Positions 1 through 10,773 of a stretch of 64,000 bases of DNA are shown piece by piece. Numbering within the stretch: the first letter of the stretch is position 1; each line of letters begins with the position of its first letter. The stretch covers positions 928,001-992,000 of the forward strand of contig OY970061.1 in NCBI GenBank assembly GCA_963705255.1. Reading direction: 5' to 3'. Source of the stretch: an uncultured Methanoregulaceae archaeon (GTDB taxonomy: Archaea; Halobacteriota; Methanomicrobia; Methanomicrobiales; Methanospirillaceae). The notes beneath the pieces were generated by a model, which saw only the letters and a list, made by a program, of their open reading frames with translations, ran no database searches and was not told the DNA's origin. A program made the position numbers and the translations under genes.

Positions 1-1183
1 ACTGGATGACGAATCGTTCACGTTCGAGCGTGTGAGCCAGGAAGTGATTGCCTGCCCGTTGGCAATACAACCGCACCCCCACGGGATCGAGTTTGGCCAG
101 CTCAAGCGGATGGTGGCGGCAAGCGACCAGAAACTGGCTGATTTTCTCGTTGAAAATTTCAGCCGGGTCGGGAAAAAGACGGCGCAGGAGATGGGTGAAC
201 GGGCCGGACTCAAAAGTACGGTAAAAGCAAACGGTCTTTCCATGGACGAACTCAAGTCCCTTCTGTCCGCCATGCAGGCAGTCGCCGTCCCCGCCCCTCC
301 AACCTCCCAGTGCCTCTCCCCTATCGGAGAAGAGTTGATCCGACGAGGACTGGACAAGGAGTTCCAGATGGATTTTGTCGCTGCCCGGACCCGCCCGAGT
401 TCGGTCTTTTCCGGTCACCCGTTCATGGTCGAGGCGGCGATCGGGTACGGGGAAAACTCCCGGTTGAAGGCAATGCCATCCTCCTCCGGTTTGCCAACCG
501 GGTCCCGCTCATGTACCAGCAGGGGGCCTGTGCCATCACTGAGTGCGTCACGAATGTCAACTGGAAATTATATAACATCACGCAGCAGGGACTTCCGGTT
601 CGGACCGGTCCTGATCCTGGTCCATGTGGCATCAACAAATGTCCCGTTTACCAGCGAAAGCAAGGACGCCATTGCCAGTATCCCGGAAATTGAGAAGGAG
701 ATCGTCCTCGTCCTCCAGGACCTTGGCCGCGAACTCAAGAACTTTGTCTCGCGCAGGGACAAAAACAAACAGGCCGAAGACCGAGCCCGGGCTGTCTGTG
801 CTATCATTCCCGAGATCGCCTCGAAAGTCAGCGAGATTGTTGAAAAACCGGTTGTCGACACAACACCTATCGAGGGAAAACTCATGCGCAAGATGATTGC
901 CAAGAAATCGTCCCGCGACGGAAAGGTTACGATCGAACTCGCCAACTATAGCGGGTATGATGGTGAGATCTCATTGTATGATATATCCGCTGATCCTGCT
1001 GTCGATGCCGTTCCCAAAGCGGATTTTGTGAGCGAGATTGACGGCCAGTTCACCAAAGTCTGGAAAGTAACTGTTCCGTCAAAAGAGGTATGGCGGGCAA
1101 TCTATACCGGGAAAGGCGGAGGCCTGCTGGATATACGCGGGATAGATGATTCCCGGAAGATGGTGGTGGACCTCGATGTCTAG
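1..1183 (+). CDS. top6B: DNA topoisomerase VI subunit B (5' truncated by window; two compensating frameshifts at ~452 and ~600)
   Basis: PHPHG motif, H2TH region, LSPIGEE and STNVPFTSESK. The RFANRVPLMYQQGACAIT motif lies in the alternate frame (310..693). Overlaps top6A. Confidence 0.95.
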   Translation, partial: LDDESFTFERVSQEVIACPLAIQPHPHGIEFGQLKRMVAASDQKLADFLVENFSRVGKKTAQEMGERAGLKSTVKANGLSMDELKSLLSAMQAVAVPAPPTSQCLSPIGEELIRRGLDKEFQMDFVAARTRPSSVFSGHPFMVEAAIGYGENSRLKAMPSSSGLPTGSRSCTSRGPVPSLSASRMSTGNYITSRSRDFRFGPVLILVHVASTNVPFTSESKDAIASIPEIEKEIVLVLQDLGRELKNFVSRRDKNKQAEDRARAVCAIIPEIASKVSEIVEKPVVDTTPIEGKLMRKMIAKKSSRDGKVTIELANYSGYDGEISLYDISADPAVDAVPKADFVSEIDGQFTKVWKVTVPSKEVWRAIYTGKGGGLLDIRGIDDSRKMVVDLDV

Positions 1184-2264
1184 GGAAGAACTTGAGAAGA
1201 AGTCAATGGCAGCCCTGCTCGGGATTGCCAGTGCTTGGTATGATCAAATGAAGACCGGGGAGATCCCCTCAATCTCGCTCCCGACCCGGACGAAATACAA
1301 TATTGAGTTCGATGATGCAAGCGAGGTATGGAAATATGGTGACCGGGAGAGCATGCGCACGGCCGCTTCAGCCAAGAGCGCCACGCACCTCCTGAAGATG
1401 GCGTATGTGATCGGGTTTATCAAGCAGCAGCTGACCGAGAACCGGTCTTCGACCCTGAGAGAGATGTATTATATCTCGGAAGGGTGGAAGCGCGCAAAAT
1501 TCAGCGCCCAGGACGAGAGCAACTTCCTGATCGAAGACCTCGAGATCCTCTCGGAAGTCCCCCGCGAGGGGTTCCACCTCCACCCCGAAGAGAACGGCGC
1601 GTCCATCTATGGCCCGATGCGGATCCGGGAAGAGACGCGTCGCGGGATGAAGACGATCCATTGCCAGGACGATGTCGGGCAGGCGGGGTATACAATTCCC
1701 AACAATGTGGAGAATATCGAATTTGTTGATCACGATGCAAAGTTCGTTATCGCTATTGAGACGGGTGGTATGTACGACCGTCTCATCGAGAACGGATTTG
1801 ATGAAGAGTTCAACGCGATTCTCGTGCACCTGAAAGGACAACCGGCGCGTTCGACCCGCCGCATGCTCAACAGGATAAGTTCGACTTGGGATCTTCCCGT
1901 GCTCGTTTTCACCGATGGCGATCCATGGTCGTACCGCATTTTTGCGTCCGTTGCTTATGGTGCTATCAAGAGCGCACACATGTCGGAACTTCTGGCCACT
2001 CCTAGATCGCAGTTCCTTGGCCTGCAGCCGAGCGATATCCGGGACTACAACCTTCCTTCCGACAAGCTGACCGAAAAAGATGTGGAGGCACTCAATGCCG
2101 AGCTGACAGACCCCCGTTTTGCCACGGACTACTGGAAAAAACAGATCAGCCTTCAGATCGACATGGGGCTGAAGTCAGAACAGCAGGCATTTGCAGCACG
2201 CGGGCTTGACTTTGTGACGAAGAAGTATCTGCCGGAAAGGCTTAGTGAGATGGGGATAATCTAG
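1176..2264 (+). CDS. top6A: DNA topoisomerase VI subunit A
   Basis: STLREMYY catalytic Tyr region, IETGGM and FTDGDPW Toprim motifs, KSEQQA. Confidence 0.97.
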   Translation: MSREELEKKSMAALLGIASAWYDQMKTGEIPSISLPTRTKYNIEFDDASEVWKYGDRESMRTAASAKSATHLLKMAYVIGFIKQQLTENRSSTLREMYYISEGWKRAKFSAQDESNFLIEDLEILSEVPREGFHLHPEENGASIYGPMRIREETRRGMKTIHCQDDVGQAGYTIPNNVENIEFVDHDAKFVIAIETGGMYDRLIENGFDEEFNAILVHLKGQPARSTRRMLNRISSTWDLPVLVFTDGDPWSYRIFASVAYGAIKSAHMSELLATPRSQFLGLQPSDIRDYNLPSDKLTEKDVEALNAELTDPRFATDYWKKQISLQIDMGLKSEQQAFAARGLDFVTKKYLPERLSEMGII

Positions 2265-2270
2265 GTTATT

Positions 2271-3679
2271 ATGAGTATCGGGGTGTGCTATCCGGACAAA
2301 TATGCTGTTGAAGAGGCATTCCAGCTCCTCAAGGTGCCGTGGGACTGGTATGTGCCCGGACAGCAGTACGATGTCGTGATTGCCCGCAAAGCTGAAGTAC
2401 CGGGCTGCACGGAAAACCTCATCGATCTAACGGGCAATGACATTTTTAAAAAAATCAGCGATCTGCTCACGACCGGTCAGCCCCATCTCCACGAACCGGT
2501 GTGCGATCTCCTGATTGACGCTCTCCGGCAGGAACTGAAAAAATACACGATCCTTGTGGAGATCCCTCCCGCGCCATGGGGGCACCCCTACATGGTGGCC
2601 CTTACTCATGACGTTGATATCACTTCCGTCAGGGAATGCCGTATTCTCACGGTGGGCTATGCGGCATACCAGTGTTTTAAACAAGGGAATTTCCGTGCCG
2701 GCTTTAACCTGTTTTGTGCCAAGTGCGGGATTGGACCGGATCCCTGGTCACTCTTTGAACACTGGAAGACCCTTGAGAATCGGCTTGATGTTCGTTCAAC
2801 TTTCTTTTTCGTACCCCAAAAGGATGACCCGGGCGTGCGGGCGCACCCGTACCGGGCGGTCGTGTATGACATTAAAGAGAAAACGGATTTACGGCGCGAT
2901 CTGGATCATGGCGGATGGGAAGCCGGTGTTCACGGCATTGATAATTGGGCTGACGCACAACGCGGAAGACAGGAGATGGCAGCACTTGGGCTTGAGGGAA
3001 AGACGCCCGGCAACCGGACGCACTGGCTCCTTTTTGACCAGAACAGCTGGAAGGTACTGGATGAAGCGGGGTACTCGTACGACACAACATTCGGGTACAA
3101 TGACGATGCCGGTTTCCGTGCGGGTACCCTGCAGGTATACCGGCCGCGCACTGCACAGACCCTCCTGGAACTCCCGCTCCACATCCAGGACCTCGGGCTC
3201 GTTGGGAAATTCTGCTGGGCGCCCACTGACAATGGCTGGGTGAAAACACCGTGCATGCATCTCGATGAGCACGCGGCACGCATGTACTGTGACCGTATTT
3301 TTGATTATGCAAAAAAATTGGGGGGGCTGTGACGATACTCTGGCACTACGAGAACCTGACACCGCCACGGGACTGGTCCGGGCTCTACGCGGAACTGGTG
3401 AAAAGTGCCCAAGCTGACGATGCATGGGTGACGACTGCAGGAGCGGTGGTGGAGTGGTTTAAAGACCGGAGACGAGTCAAGATAAGCTGTAAAAATGAGA
3501 GAGACAGGCTCACCATCTCTGCGGAGGGTGGTCCCCCTCCCGGTTCTGTACCTCCATTAATGGTGAGAATACACAATCCTAATAATCGACAAATAAGCGT
3601 AAATACTGAATCAGACCCAAGGAGAGAGTATATCGACATCAAACTGAACATGAAGACAATTACGGTATTATTCTCATGA
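2271..3679 (+). CDS. Polysaccharide deacetylase (CE4/NodB-like) family protein, frameshifted at G7 run 3320-3326
   Basis: ALTHDVD, STFFF, EAGVHG, GNRTHWL, YDTT, ELPL motifs. Adding one G gives LGGAVTILWH and joins ORF 3329..3679. Confidence 0.8.
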
Positions 3680-4377
3680 TCCTGCAAACAATTTTCCTGA
3701 AAATAAAAAGTCCTGCTGTGGCGGATTCCTGGTTCATGCATACTTCAGTTATGCAATACATTATGAAAATCTGCTTAAAATTTTTTAATTACCTTGCCCC
3801 GAAAACCCGTCTCTGCCAAAGGGTAAAGGCTGGATCTCTTGGAAAGGGAAATGAAATTCACCCGACTGCAATAATTGACTATGACCGGGTAATTATCGGA
3901 GATTTCTGTACTATTGAAAAAAATGTGGTAATTGAAAAAAATACAATTATCGGAAATCACGTAACCATCGGACAGGGAGTGGTGATCGGGTCTGAAGGGT
4001 TTGAATTACGGAGGATTGCGGGTGAAATCATACCGGTAGTCCATCTTGGCGGAGTCATCATTCACGACAACGTACATATCTGCCCTCATGCATGTATCGA
4101 TAAAAGCTCTCTTGGAGAATATACCGAAATAGGAGAATCATCGGTCATAATGGCTGGCGTCGAAGTCGGTCATGGAATAAAAATTGGACAACATGTAACC
4201 GTATCTGAAGGAACCATGATCGGGGGATATGCAAGGATTGGAAATCACGTAAAGATTGGCAAGCGCTGTTCGATAACAGATGGAATATCTCTGGGCGAAG
4301 ACGTGGTTATACCGGATTATTCTGTCGTGACCCGCGAGGTAAAGGGACCTTCGGGAGATGTTTCTCAATGTTCTTGA
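3676..4377 (+). CDS. LpxD-like left-handed beta-helix (hexapeptide) N-acyltransferase 1
   Basis: Hexapeptide repeats, IGSEGFE (LpxD-type IGxxGF), HLGGVIIHDNV, VGHG with His at the LpxD catalytic position. Confidence 0.8.
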   Translation: MILQTIFLKIKSPAVADSWFMHTSVMQYIMKICLKFFNYLAPKTRLCQRVKAGSLGKGNEIHPTAIIDYDRVIIGDFCTIEKNVVIEKNTIIGNHVTIGQGVVIGSEGFELRRIAGEIIPVVHLGGVIIHDNVHICPHACIDKSSLGEYTEIGESSVIMAGVEVGHGIKIGQHVTVSEGTMIGGYARIGNHVKIGKRCSITDGISLGEDVVIPDYSVVTREVKGPSGDVSQCS

Positions 4378-4422
4378 AATGGGATTACATTTCAGGATTG
4401 AAATGAGTTTCAGAGGATATTT

Positions 4423-5302
4423 ATGAAATTATCAGATTTCCTGTCGGAAAAAACGGAAATAATCCGGGATGGCATTTTTTCGTCACTGGGGACATTGTTT
4501 TCACACTATCCGCAACAGATAGTATATGCAGTTCGGGAAAATGAGGTAAAAAAAATTATTGACAATCCCTCCATTTCCTGTGTAATCACAACACCTTCTC
4601 TAATTTCCAGGTTCCCTGACGGGTGGGGCATTGCATCAGCTCGGGATCCTCAATATTCATTTTATTCCCTTCAGGTCCGTGCTGAGCCAATACCCGGAAT
4701 TTGTACTTCAGCCTTTTGCCAACCGGATTTCATCATCAGCGAAAATTCATCCGAGCACAGTCATTTCTGCGCGCAGCGTATCTATCGGAAGAGACGTTGT
4801 TATCGAAAAAAACGTTATCATCCATGAACAGACAATCATCGACGAAGGATCTGTCATCAGATCCAACAGTGTCATCGGAAACTCCCCGTTACCTGCAGGT
4901 GGTGCGACAAATGGGCAAGTGGTCCAACCTTCTGGCGGGGTGCATCTCCACCGTGATGTGGATATTCATGCAAATACACAACTCCATCGTGCAATCTTCA
5001 AAGGGTATACAGAGGTTGGTGAACAGACAAAAATCGACAACCTCGATACTATCGGACAGGGAACAACAATTGGAAAACGATGTCTGATCTGTGCCGGAGT
5101 AACGGTAGGTGAATCAGTAATAATTGGGGATGATGCATGGATCGGCCCGAATGTTATTCTTGAAAATCAGATCAGGATAGGAAACAACGTTTACATCACA
5201 CTTGGTTCCAGGGTGCCCAATGACATCGATGACGATAAAGTCGTGAAAGATAATTACGCAATTGATCGGAAACGATTCAAGAAAGTCATACGAGGCATGT
5301 GA
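4423..5302 (+). CDS. LpxD-like acyltransferase 2 with N-terminal domain (frameshift ~4675)
   Basis: N-terminal segment in 4423..4827 continues into hexapeptide repeats of 4631..5302; GGVHL, TKIDNL motifs. Confidence 0.78.
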
Positions 5303-5378
5303 CACGCATGATACAGATTTTAAAAAAACGCACGGTGTCCCTGTAACCCAAATACAGGAATGCGAGGTTAACCGATTT

Positions 5379-5747
5379 ATGCAGGACATCGGCATAGGTA
5401 CAGACATAGAAGAGATCAAGCGGTTTGAAAATCTCCGCGATCCTGCATTTGCCGCATTTCTCAGAAAGAATTTCACGGAGAACGAACTTGATTATTGTCT
5501 CTCAAAGGATGCTCCTGCCCCTCACCTTGCCGCACGGTATGCCGGCAAAGAAGCTGTGATAAAAGCGCTTTCCAGTCTGAACATCACCCATATATTTTAT
5601 CCTGCAATTGAGATCATAAACAACGAAACGGGTGTTCCGTACGTCAGGATTAATAAAGAGTACAACGAAAAAATGCATATAAAAATCAGTTTATCGCACA
5701 GTTCAGGAATGGCACTTGCATTTTGCATAATTTTACTCGAGGTATGA
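5379..5747 (+). CDS. acpS: Holo-ACP synthase (4'-phosphopantetheinyl transferase)
   Basis: GIGTDIEEI, AARYAGKEAVIKA and ISLSHS AcpS signatures. Confidence 0.95.
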   Translation: MQDIGIGTDIEEIKRFENLRDPAFAAFLRKNFTENELDYCLSKDAPAPHLAARYAGKEAVIKALSSLNITHIFYPAIEIINNETGVPYVRINKEYNEKMHIKISLSHSSGMALAFCIILLEV

Positions 5748-5748
5748 T

Positions 5749-5988
5749 ATGGCATCATTCGATGAGAATACGATAAAAAATATTTTTTGCGAAGTTCTCG
5801 GAATACCGGCACCGGAAGTTACCGACACGCTTGCCTATAACTCCTGCGCGCAGTGGGACTCCTTGAAACATCTCCAGATTGTGGCCATGATTGAAGAAAA
5901 ATTTGATATTGAGATTGATATGGATGATATCATCGCGATGGAAAATTACGGAAAAGTGAAGGAAATTCTCCATAAATATCTCACGTAA
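5749..5988 (+). CDS. Acyl carrier protein
   Basis: 79 aa, acidic, WDSL phosphopantetheine attachment motif, IEEKFDIEI; follows acpS by 1 bp. Confidence 0.93.
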   Translation: MASFDENTIKNIFCEVLGIPAPEVTDTLAYNSCAQWDSLKHLQIVAMIEEKFDIEIDMDDIIAMENYGKVKEILHKYLT

Positions 5989-5994
5989 CCGGTT

Positions 5995-7488
5995 ATGAAT
6001 TTCGTCGATTATCTCTTTGAACTGTGTCAAGATCCCCCAAAAGAGTGTATCCTATCCCGTGATGGCATCCTCACATACCGGGATCTGATATCCAAAGTTG
6101 ACGATCTCGCAGCATACCTGAATACAATCCTGGGAGGAGGAAACGAGTGCCTCCTGCTCTCGGAAAATACCCCGTTTTTTGTTATAGCCTATCTTGCGAT
6201 TATAAAGAGCGGGAACATGGCCCTGCTTGCAGAAACACGGATATCGGATGAACAGCTGGGAGTCATCTTCCGCGAATGTCATATCCAGGCATCATTTGTC
6301 CAGAAAAAATACCGGTCAAAGATCACAAACAACGGGAACGTATTTACCGAGGATCTCCTTCTGGTACTTCCGCACACAGAACGGTATATGAGCCCTCGCA
6401 TGGAGGACGATGATGTCGCAATCGTGATCTTCACCTCCGGGAGCACCGGCGCAAAGAAAGGCGTCATGCTCACGCATAAAAACCTGTGCGCCAACACGGG
6501 ATCGATAGTAAAGTACCTCGATCTGACATCGCACGACCGGATCTGCGCCACGCTCCCGTTCTTTTACTGCTATGGAGCATCGCTGCTGCATACCCACGTC
6601 AGGGCCGGCGGCAGCATCGTGCTCTCCAATAATATTTTCCTTGGCGGTGTCATACGGGATATCGATACCTTTTCCTGCACCGGATTTGCCGGTGTCCCGA
6701 GCACGTACCAGATCCTGATCAACAAGACCCCGTTTCTCAAAGAAAAACTCCCGACCCTCCGGTATATGATGCAGGCCGGTGGTCATCTGCCCGACAAGTA
6801 CATCCGATTGATCGCCGAAGCGTTCCCGGAAAAAAAGTTTTTTGTGATGTACGGCGCGACAGAAGCCACGGCCCGGCTTGCATATCTCCCCCCGGCACAG
6901 GTACTTACCCATATCGGTTCTATTGGAAAAGGCATCCCGGGCGTCACGCTCGAAGTACTCGACGAGAACGGGAAACCGGTACAACCCGGGGAGACCGGTG
7001 AGATCACCGCACGCGGTGACAATATCATGAAGGGCTATTATGGGGATCCAGAAGGTACGCAAAGCGTCATAAAAAACGGGCGGCTTTATACCGGGGATAT
7101 TGCCACCGTTGATGATGACGGGTATATCTATATCACAGGGCGGGCAAAAAATTTTATTAAATCCGGGGGGTACCGTATCTCCCCGAATGAAATCGAGGAT
7201 TTTATCTGTTCCCTGGACGGTGTCACCGGTTGTGTGGTGCTCGGGCTGCCAGATGAGATCATGGGCGAGGCTGTGGTTGCAGTTGTCCAGCCGGATAACG
7301 CCCCGGAAACGGCACTCAAAGAAAAGATCCTCACGCGGTGCACGCAGCACCTGCCATCCTACAAGATCCCAACCGCCATATATTTTGTCCGGGAGTTCCC
7401 GCTCAACGCATCCAACAAAGTGGACAGGCAGGCGATTGCGGCCTCAATTGTTGCCAAGCGGGAAAAAAAAGAAGGAGGATTACAATAA
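5995..7488 (+). CDS. AMP-dependent acyl-CoA/acyl-ACP ligase (ANL superfamily)
   Basis: FTSGSTGAKKG P-loop, YGATEA, LYTGD, GRAK, NKVDR. Confidence 0.93.
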   Translation: MNFVDYLFELCQDPPKECILSRDGILTYRDLISKVDDLAAYLNTILGGGNECLLLSENTPFFVIAYLAIIKSGNMALLAETRISDEQLGVIFRECHIQASFVQKKYRSKITNNGNVFTEDLLLVLPHTERYMSPRMEDDDVAIVIFTSGSTGAKKGVMLTHKNLCANTGSIVKYLDLTSHDRICATLPFFYCYGASLLHTHVRAGGSIVLSNNIFLGGVIRDIDTFSCTGFAGVPSTYQILINKTPFLKEKLPTLRYMMQAGGHLPDKYIRLIAEAFPEKKFFVMYGATEATARLAYLPPAQVLTHIGSIGKGIPGVTLEVLDENGKPVQPGETGEITARGDNIMKGYYGDPEGTQSVIKNGRLYTGDIATVDDDGYIYITGRAKNFIKSGGYRISPNEIEDFICSLDGVTGCVVLGLPDEIMGEAVVAVVQPDNAPETALKEKILTRCTQHLPSYKIPTAIYFVREFPLNASNKVDRQAIAASIVAKREKKEGGLQ

Positions 7489-8615
7489 TGCCGAAAACCG
7501 AACCTGTCGCGACAAAGGACCCGACCCGGGGTGAACTCCTCAATCAGGCCCCGTACTTCTCGGAAGACCAGCAGAAAAACGAGTACCTCCTGCCGATCAT
7601 CAGGCAACAGCTAAAAACTGCCAGACACAACAACCGGCAGATTGATAATTTTTTCTCCAAACAGGGTATTAACATTAATGCCATTCAAAAACTGGAAGAT
7701 ATACCATATATCCCGGTACAGATGTTCAAGCTCTTCGATCTCAGGACCTGCCCGGAGCAGGAGATCGTAAAAGTCCTCCAGTCCAGCGGGACAACAGGCG
7801 GCACACCAAGCAGGATCCCGCTTGACAAAGCCACCACGTTAAACCAGATAAAAGCTCTCAAATGCATCCTATCTGAATACCTGGGGAAAAACCGGAAAAT
7901 ATTTCTTGTCATCGACCATGAAGGCATCAACAGCCCAAAAGTGGCGTTTTCCGCACGGACTGCCGGTGTCCGGGGCTTAAGCATCTATGCAAAAAAAACC
8001 TTTTACCTGCTCAGGGAGGAAGAGGGAAAACTTGTCCTGAATATGCCGGTTATCCGGGATATTGTCGAAAACTATTCGCACGAAGAGGTGTACGCATTCG
8101 GATTCACGTATATTATCTGGACCGTCTTTTACAAGCAGCTCAAAAAGGAGGGATTCCGGTTCTCCTTTGAGAACTTCATGCTGTTCCACGGTGGCGGCTG
8201 GAAGAAGATGCGGGATCTCGCGGTCTCAAAAGAGACGTTTTCAGAGACGATCGCCGCAATATTCGATACGCACCCGAACCGGATCCTGGATTTCTACGGG
8301 ATGGCCGAGCAGACTGGTATCATCTTTGTTGACTGCGAGTACGGCAACAAGCACGTGCCCTGCTTTTCCCAGGTCATCATCCGCGATCCATTCACACTTG
8401 AGCCCTGCGATATCGGCAAAACCGGGTTGATTGAGGTGATGAGCGTTCTTGCCGACAGTTATTACGACCAAGCGATCCTGACCGAGGATCTTGGCCTGCA
8501 GGTCGGTGTGGATGACTGTCCGTGCGGGCGCAAGGGCCGGTATTTCCGGTTTGTCTCGCGGGTGGAGAAAGCCGAGTTGCGCGGGTGCGGCGATACGTTC
8601 CGGGAGTCTCGCTGA
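7488..8615 (+). CDS. LuxE-like acyl-protein synthetase
   Basis: SSGTTG, HGGGWKK, FYGMAEQ, ILTEDLG and C-terminal RGCG with the acyl-accepting Cys. Confidence 0.9.
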   Translation: MPKTEPVATKDPTRGELLNQAPYFSEDQQKNEYLLPIIRQQLKTARHNNRQIDNFFSKQGININAIQKLEDIPYIPVQMFKLFDLRTCPEQEIVKVLQSSGTTGGTPSRIPLDKATTLNQIKALKCILSEYLGKNRKIFLVIDHEGINSPKVAFSARTAGVRGLSIYAKKTFYLLREEEGKLVLNMPVIRDIVENYSHEEVYAFGFTYIIWTVFYKQLKKEGFRFSFENFMLFHGGGWKKMRDLAVSKETFSETIAAIFDTHPNRILDFYGMAEQTGIIFVDCEYGNKHVPCFSQVIIRDPFTLEPCDIGKTGLIEVMSVLADSYYDQAILTEDLGLQVGVDDCPCGRKGRYFRFVSRVEKAELRGCGDTFRESR

Positions 8616-9919
8616 TGATTACCTGTTACCTTAGGGATGGAAAGTTTGAAAGGCAATCGTATCAGGATTTTGAGGAGATTGCCCGAAGTGTCGATACCTG
8701 CAGGGAAACCCTTGCTGCGATGCCGCTTGACGCCGTCATAAAAATCCTCGATGTGCTGGGAAAAAACGTACTCAAAAACCCGGAGATCAACACGCTCCCG
8801 GGAGTCAGTTATATCTCACTGTGGCTGCGCCGCGAGAACCTTGACCGGATCTGTCAGGTCAATTACTCCGATAAACGGTACCTCGATGGCTTTTGTAAAA
8901 ATGAGACAAATATCCTGATGATGGCACAGCCCCGGGGGATTGTATGCCACTGGATCGCGGCGAACATGCCGACCCTGGGATTCTTTTCGATTGTTCAGGC
9001 CCTCCTCTCAAAGAACGGCAGCATGGTTAAGATGCCTGAGGAGTACGTCCCGCTGATCCTGTCCATTCTCCGTGAATTCCCGGCAATTTCTGTAGATTAT
9101 GAGGGCACAACCTACTCAGGGAAAAAAGTGCTTGCCGCGATAGCTGTTGTAACCTTTGAAGGAAAATCCACGGAGGCCAGTGAGAAATTTTCCCTTGCCG
9201 CCGATTGCCGAATCATCTTTGGGGGAAGCGAAGCGATCCGCTCGATCTCGCGTCTTCCCTGCCGGGATCACTGCGAGACGATTATCTTTGGCCCGAAATA
9301 TTCGTTTGCCGTGTTCGATCGGGAATATATCGAATCGGATGGTTTTAAAAAATCCCTGGACCAGTTCGTAAAAGACATAGCAGTTTTTAACCAGATGGCA
9401 TGTTCTTCGCCGCATGTCCTGTTTCTGGTGAAAAGCCGGTACCCGCTGGATATGATAGTAGCGTGGCTGCGCGACTCCTTTGAGCGGCTGCCGGAGGCAC
9501 TCCGCAACCAGAAGATCTCGTCAGGCCTGTCGGTACATATTATTAATGCCCGGGCCCGGTACCTGTTGTCGGATGGGAAAAACTGCGTGGCATCCCATGA
9601 TCTGGGGTGGACTATCTTTATCGATCAGGATATCTGCCTGGAAGAGCCAATCCAGGGAAAATGCATTTTTACAAAAGAGATCACTACGGTGGATGAAGTA
9701 ATCCCCTTAGTAAACCGTAAGATCCAGGCAGTCTCGATCGGGATCCTCGACCCCGCAAAACGGGAATCATTTGCCAGGCAGGTCACGTGGGGGGGCGCGG
9801 ATCGGGTCGTCATTCCCGGGACTATGCACGACTTTATTCTGCCCTGGGACGGGATCATGACCCTCAATCGTCTGGTGCGATGGGTTATTCTGAGAGAGAA
9901 CCAGGGTTCGCAGGTTTGA
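8615..9919 (+). CDS. LuxC-like acyl-CoA/acyl-protein reductase
   Basis: PRGIVCHWIAAN, FGPKYSF, NQMACSSP (catalytic Cys), PWDG; start overlaps the luxE-like stop. Confidence 0.9.
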   Translation: MITCYLRDGKFERQSYQDFEEIARSVDTCRETLAAMPLDAVIKILDVLGKNVLKNPEINTLPGVSYISLWLRRENLDRICQVNYSDKRYLDGFCKNETNILMMAQPRGIVCHWIAANMPTLGFFSIVQALLSKNGSMVKMPEEYVPLILSILREFPAISVDYEGTTYSGKKVLAAIAVVTFEGKSTEASEKFSLAADCRIIFGGSEAIRSISRLPCRDHCETIIFGPKYSFAVFDREYIESDGFKKSLDQFVKDIAVFNQMACSSPHVLFLVKSRYPLDMIVAWLRDSFERLPEALRNQKISSGLSVHIINARARYLLSDGKNCVASHDLGWTIFIDQDICLEEPIQGKCIFTKEITTVDEVIPLVNRKIQAVSIGILDPAKRESFARQVTWGGADRVVIPGTMHDFILPWDGIMTLNRLVRWVILRENQGSQV

Positions 9920-10018
9920 TTAATATCAAACGCGGATTTTATTTCGCTGCAATTGCAAATGAGGTACCGGAATCCTTTTAATGATCTATAGGATGAGTAA
10001 GTTTGGGAGTGGTGGGAG

Positions 10019-10762
10019 ATGTTATTAAAAGGGAAAAATGCGGTAATAACCGGCTGTTTAAAAGGTATCGGCCGTTCGACATTGGATCTTTTTGCCCAGA
10101 ACGGGGCAAATGTCTGGGCATGTTGTCAGTATGAAAATGCCGATTTTGAGAAACACGTGGGAGAACTGGCAGCAAATAATAATGTGTCGATTACACCGGT
10201 TTATTTTGATTTCCTTGATCCGGAACAGATAAAAATAGCAGCTCATGCAATCAGAGAGTCAAAGCAACCTGTGGACATCCTTGTTAATGTTGCCGGTATG
10301 ACCTGTGATGCTTTGTTTCATATGACAACCATGGAGCAGATGAAAAAAGTTTTTGAAGTGAATTTTTTCTCCCAGATGCTTTTTACCCAGTACATCACCA
10401 AGAATATGATACGGCATAATTCCGGTAGTGTTATCAATATATCCTCCATATCTGCAATAGATGGTAATCCCGGGCAATTATCATATACTGCAAGTAAAGC
10501 TGCAGTTATCGGTGCAACAAAAACATTATCCGCCGAGTTGGCGGCATCCGGGATACGAGTTAATGCCATTGCCCCGGGCGTTATTAAAACAGATATGACA
10601 GAAAAACTGCCGGAAGAGGTCATGGCGAAATTTATGGCAAAAAGTGACCTTAAGCGCATGGGGCAACCGGCCGAAGTTGCAGAGGTCATTTTATTTTTAG
10701 CATCAGACCTGTCATCATATATTACCGGTCAGATAATCCGTGTCGATGGTGGAATAGGATAA
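10019..10762 (+). CDS. FabG-like SDR oxidoreductase 1
   Basis: TGxxxGIG, NVAG, YTASK, VNAIAPG, ITGQIIRVDGG. Confidence 0.9.
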   Translation: MLLKGKNAVITGCLKGIGRSTLDLFAQNGANVWACCQYENADFEKHVGELAANNNVSITPVYFDFLDPEQIKIAAHAIRESKQPVDILVNVAGMTCDALFHMTTMEQMKKVFEVNFFSQMLFTQYITKNMIRHNSGSVINISSISAIDGNPGQLSYTASKAAVIGATKTLSAELAASGIRVNAIAPGVIKTDMTEKLPEEVMAKFMAKSDLKRMGQPAEVAEVILFLASDLSSYITGQIIRVDGGIG

Positions 10763-10773
10763 AGGGTGAAAAA

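Noticed and set aside
7488-9919. Bioluminescence operon
   Set aside because: No luxA, luxB or luxD in the window; luciferase needs oxygen and the host is a methanogen; the context is glycan synthesis.
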